From positions 1 to 37,444 of the forward strand of contig DATBIF010000033.1 of NCBI GenBank assembly GCA_036557045.1: a stretch of DNA of 37,444 nucleotides, read 5' to 3'. The notes beneath the pieces were generated by a model, which was not told the origin of the DNA, made no database searches, and saw only the letters and a program-made list of their open reading frames with translations. Below are positions 34,990 through 37,444 of the stretch, piece after piece. The number at the start of each line of letters is the position of its first letter. The first letter of the stretch is position 1. Both the position numbers and the translations under genes were made by a program. This DNA comes from Steroidobacteraceae bacterium. Its GTDB lineage: Bacteria; Pseudomonadota; Gammaproteobacteria; Steroidobacterales; Steroidobacteraceae.

Positions 34990-35895
34990 ATGAATACCTC
35001 TGCATTGATCCAGGCCTTTTTCCACGAGGCCACCAACACGGTGACGTACCTGCTGCAGGATCCGCTCACGCGCGCAGCTGCCATCATCGATCCGGTGCTC
35101 GACTATGATCACCGCTCCGGCAAAGTCAGCGTGGATTCGGCCAACCAGGTGCTGGCTGCCGCAACGACCGCAGGCCTCAGGATCACCTGGATTCTCGAGA
35201 CGCATGCGCACGCCGATCACCTGTCCGCCGCGCCATATCTCAAGCAACGAACCGGGGCCCGTACCGGGATCGGCGAGCACATCCGCGACGTGCAGCGGAT
35301 CTTCCGCCCCGTGTTCAATCTGACGGATGTCACCGGCGACGGCAGTGAGTTTGACCGGCTGTTTCGGGATGGCGAGCGCTTCCAGCTTGGATCGCTGCAG
35401 GTGGAAGTGATGCATACACCGGGTCATACGCCGGCGTGTGTGTCCTATCGGATCGGCGATGCGGTCTTCGTCGGCGACACACTGTTCATGCCCGATTACG
35501 GCACGGCACGTGCGGACTTTCCCGGCGGCGATGCGGCCACACTGTATCGCTCGATCCACAGGTTGTTGGCATTGCCGTCTGCGACCCGGCTTTTCATGTG
35601 CCACGACTACAAGGCAGCCGGGCGCGATCACTATGCCTGGGAGACGACCGTTGCCGAGGAGCGCGCGCGCAACGTTCACGTCGGCGGGGGCGTGTCGGAG
35701 CATGAGTTTGTGGCCATGCGTCGCGCGCGGGATGCGACATTGGCCGCTCCCGTCCTGCTCCTGCCGTCCATCCAGGTGAACGTGCGCGCGGGCCGGTTCC
35801 CGGCTGCTGAGTCCAATGGGTTGCGCTACCTCAAGATTCCATTGCGCTTCAGCGCGCAGGCGGAGCCCGTGCGAGATCTACCTGTTTCTACCTAG
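34990..35895 (+). CDS. MBL-fold hydrolase of the Blh / persulfide dioxygenase type
   Basis: 301 aa. ETHAHADH (HxHxDH) metal motif and a later TPGHT. Divergent from the BigR-type repressor, as in described bigR-blh loci. Confidence 0.85.
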   Translation: MNTSALIQAFFHEATNTVTYLLQDPLTRAAAIIDPVLDYDHRSGKVSVDSANQVLAAATTAGLRITWILETHAHADHLSAAPYLKQRTGARTGIGEHIRDVQRIFRPVFNLTDVTGDGSEFDRLFRDGERFQLGSLQVEVMHTPGHTPACVSYRIGDAVFVGDTLFMPDYGTARADFPGGDAATLYRSIHRLLALPSATRLFMCHDYKAAGRDHYAWETTVAEERARNVHVGGGVSEHEFVAMRRARDATLAAPVLLLPSIQVNVRAGRFPAAESNGLRYLKIPLRFSAQAEPVRDLPVST

Positions 35896-35946
35896 AACCC
35901 TGCGGTTGATACGGCTGCCTCGGATGGCGCGCTCGTGGCAGGGTTC
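35895..35946 (+). terminator. possible stem-loop after the MBL gene (9-bp stem, 34-nt loop, no U-tract)
   Basis: GAACCCTGC (35895-35903) pairs with GCAGGGTTC (35938-35946). The large loop and absent T-run make this weak terminator evidence. Confidence 0.2.
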
Positions 35947-36088
35947 AGCGAGAGGCTATTGGGAGTTCGATCGTCATGGTTACGCGCAGAAAGGAGTTGT
36001 CCACTCAGCATTCGGGCACGCCGAGCCGATGGCTCCGGGCTGCAGCACTTGCCGTCGACCAGGGATTGGCAGAGCTGTGCCGAAACCG

Positions 36089-36862
36089 ATGGCAATACGT
36101 GCAAGTGCCCATTCTCCAGCCGCTGGAGTGCCAGCCACGGCGCCGGCTGCGCTAGGGGGCCGGTTGAAGCGGGGACTCGTCCTGCTGGTGCTAGCGGCGC
36201 TCCTGATTGGACCGGGGAGGGGCGTGGGTAGTGAGCGCACCGCCGAGTTGCTGCAGGGGGCGCTCGCGTTGCAGCCTCGGCCCGAGGGTGGGGCCTCGCT
36301 CTATCGTGCTTACTGTGCCGACTGTCACGGTGCGCAGGCGTGGGGAGATCCGCTCGCGGTGGTCCCCGCGCTCGCCGGGCAGCGAGAGCTCTACCTGCTC
36401 AAGCAGCTCGTCGACTTCGCCGAGCTCGATCGGGCGGCGCCGGAGATGCATCGCCTGATGGCACGAGCGCAGCTCGGCACGCCGCAGGGCTGGCGGGACC
36501 TCGCAGCCTATCTCGCCGGGCAAACGGGGAATGAGCGTGCCGAGCACGGCGATGGCACGGCACTGGTGCAAGGCGAGCGCCTCTACCGGGAAGCCTGCGC
36601 TGCGTGCCACGGCAGGAACGGCGCCGGGAGCGATTTGGCAGCGGTGCCGGATCTGCGCAGCCAGCACTACTCGTATCTGGTCCTGCAGCTGCGCAGCATT
36701 GACACCGGTCATCGCTACAACGTTGCGGAGGATGTATATGAGGCGCTCATCGGACTCTCTGCCGCAGACATGCGCAGCGTCGCCGACTACCTGTCGAGAA
36801 TTCCCGGTCGCGCCGCTGTGAGTGGCCATCAGATCTCGATGAGCGGAGCCTACGACCCTTGA
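36089..36862 (+). CDS. dihaem c-type cytochrome (class I, c4-like), secreted
   Basis: Two CxxCH sites (CADCHG, CAACHG) and a signal-like RLKRGLVLLVLAALLIG. Start is uncertain: ATG 36089, or TTG 36164 preceded by GGGGG. The ORF-track start at 35816 overlaps the MBL gene. Confidence 0.75.
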   Translation: MAIRASAHSPAAGVPATAPAALGGRLKRGLVLLVLAALLIGPGRGVGSERTAELLQGALALQPRPEGGASLYRAYCADCHGAQAWGDPLAVVPALAGQRELYLLKQLVDFAELDRAAPEMHRLMARAQLGTPQGWRDLAAYLAGQTGNERAEHGDGTALVQGERLYREACAACHGRNGAGSDLAAVPDLRSQHYSYLVLQLRSIDTGHRYNVAEDVYEALIGLSAADMRSVADYLSRIPGRAAVSGHQISMSGAYDP

Positions 36863-36886
36863 GCCGCCCGCTGGGGGATTCTGCAG

Positions 36887-37303
36887 ATGCCCGCGCGTTG
36901 GGAACATTTTCCGCACCAGGCTGACGTCGGCGTGCGCGGCATCGGTTCGACGGAAGCCGAAGCGTTCGAGCAGGCTGCGCTCGCCATGACTGCCGTAATC
37001 ACGGACCTCGAGACGGTCGAGCCACGCGAGACGGTGACCATCGAATGCGAGGCCCCCGATCGTGAGCTGCTGTTCGTCGAATGGCTGAACTGCCTGATCT
37101 ATGAGATGTCGGTGCGCAGGATGCTCTTCGGACGATTCAGCGTACAGCTCGATGGCACGCGGCTGCGCGCGCTGGCCTGGGGCGAGCACGTCGATCCTGC
37201 GCGCCATCGTCCAGCAGTGGAAGTCAAAGGTGCGACCTACACGGCGCTCCGCGTCGCGCGCGAACGCGACGACTGGGTCGCCGAGACCGTCGTGGATGTC
37301 TGA
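36887..37303 (+). CDS. archease
   Basis: 138 aa. [15 protein letters not shown]-terminus and C-terminal VKGATYTAL are characteristic of archease. Lies immediately upstream of rtcB. Confidence 0.85.
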   Translation: MPARWEHFPHQADVGVRGIGSTEAEAFEQAALAMTAVITDLETVEPRETVTIECEAPDRELLFVEWLNCLIYEMSVRRMLFGRFSVQLDGTRLRALAWGEHVDPARHRPAVEVKGATYTALRVARERDDWVAETVVDV

Positions 37304-37305
37304 AC

Positions 37306-37444
37306 ATGGATCTCACCCTCCTCACGCGCCGTTCCGAGTTCGAGTGGGAGATCCCCATGCGCGGTGCCATGCATGTTCCCGCGGTGATCTACGCCAGCGA
37401 AGGACTGATGCGCGACATGGACGACAAGGTCTACGAGCAGGCTG
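37306..37444 (+). CDS. rtcB: RNA-splicing ligase RtcB (5' partial, runs off the window)
   Basis: 46 aa visible. EWEIPMRGAMHVPAVIYASEGLMRDMDDKVYEQA matches the RtcB N-terminus pattern. Starts 2 nt after the archease stop. Confidence 0.75.
   Translation, partial: MDLTLLTRRSEFEWEIPMRGAMHVPAVIYASEGLMRDMDDKVYEQA

Noticed and set aside
35816-36088. Upstream extension of the cytochrome c ORF, and similar long N-terminal extensions of ORFs at 21491 (FAR), 23926 (ALDH), 25612-27906 (fadD), 26950 (SnoaL-like), 20595-22154 (WS/DGAT), 14604-16310 (GMC) and 28281-29549 (E2).
   Set aside because: The extensions overlap neighbouring genes or promoter regions, are Arg/Pro-rich, and precede internal starts that match family N-termini and have SD sequences.
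1-37444. Scan for FNR/Anr boxes (TTGAT-N4-ATCAA) in intergenic regions, and for tRNA, rRNA, CRISPR repeats, IS elements, integrases or phage genes.
   Set aside because: I could recognise none by eye. The intergenic gaps are short and all large ORFs have housekeeping or metabolic identities. A computational scan (tRNAscan, Infernal, ISfinder) would be needed to be certain.

Overview
GC-rich (about two-thirds G+C by eye) bacterial chromosomal segment, most likely proteobacterial. It is almost fully coding: I call 38 CDS, one of them partial. I see no rRNA, tRNA, CRISPR array, transposase, integrase or phage genes. Gene content falls into six modules. (1) 82-4796: NAD salvage and PRPP supply (pncB, pncA, divergent prs), an APH-like kinase and a CBS-pair protein. 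(2) 4907-14495: one long minus-strand string of stress or persistence type genes. In transcription order these are DUF2934, an orphan groEL, a DksA/TraR zinc finger, a host-attachment-family protein, class II RNR nrdJ, glutamine-dependent nadE, a small ChaB-like ORF, a PRTase, an ElaB/DUF883 protein and glgC. (3) 14604-27291: a neutral-lipid (wax ester) supercluster. It contains a PhaF/PhaI-type phasin, a patatin lipase, a membrane alpha/beta hydrolase, an unknown protein and a GMC (AlkJ-like) oxidoreductase in one operon, then WS/DGAT divergent from a two-domain fatty acyl-CoA reductase plus aldehyde dehydrogenase, then fadD. (4) 28003-33227: a translationally coupled operon of an Acs-family ligase, E1alpha, E1beta and E2 of a 2-oxoacid dehydrogenase, and a stand-alone acyl carrier protein, with no E3. 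I consider this the most unusual system in the window. (5) 33279-35895: a sulfide/persulfide module (BigR/YgaV-type ArsR, YgaP-like rhodanese, TauE exporter, divergent Blh-type MBL hydrolase) with clear operator palindromes. (6) A dihaem cytochrome c, archease and the 5' end of rtcB. All functional calls rest on motif and family recognition by eye from the supplied translations. No database search was run. Many start codons are GTG or TTG, and I re-placed several using SD spacing and stop/start overlaps.
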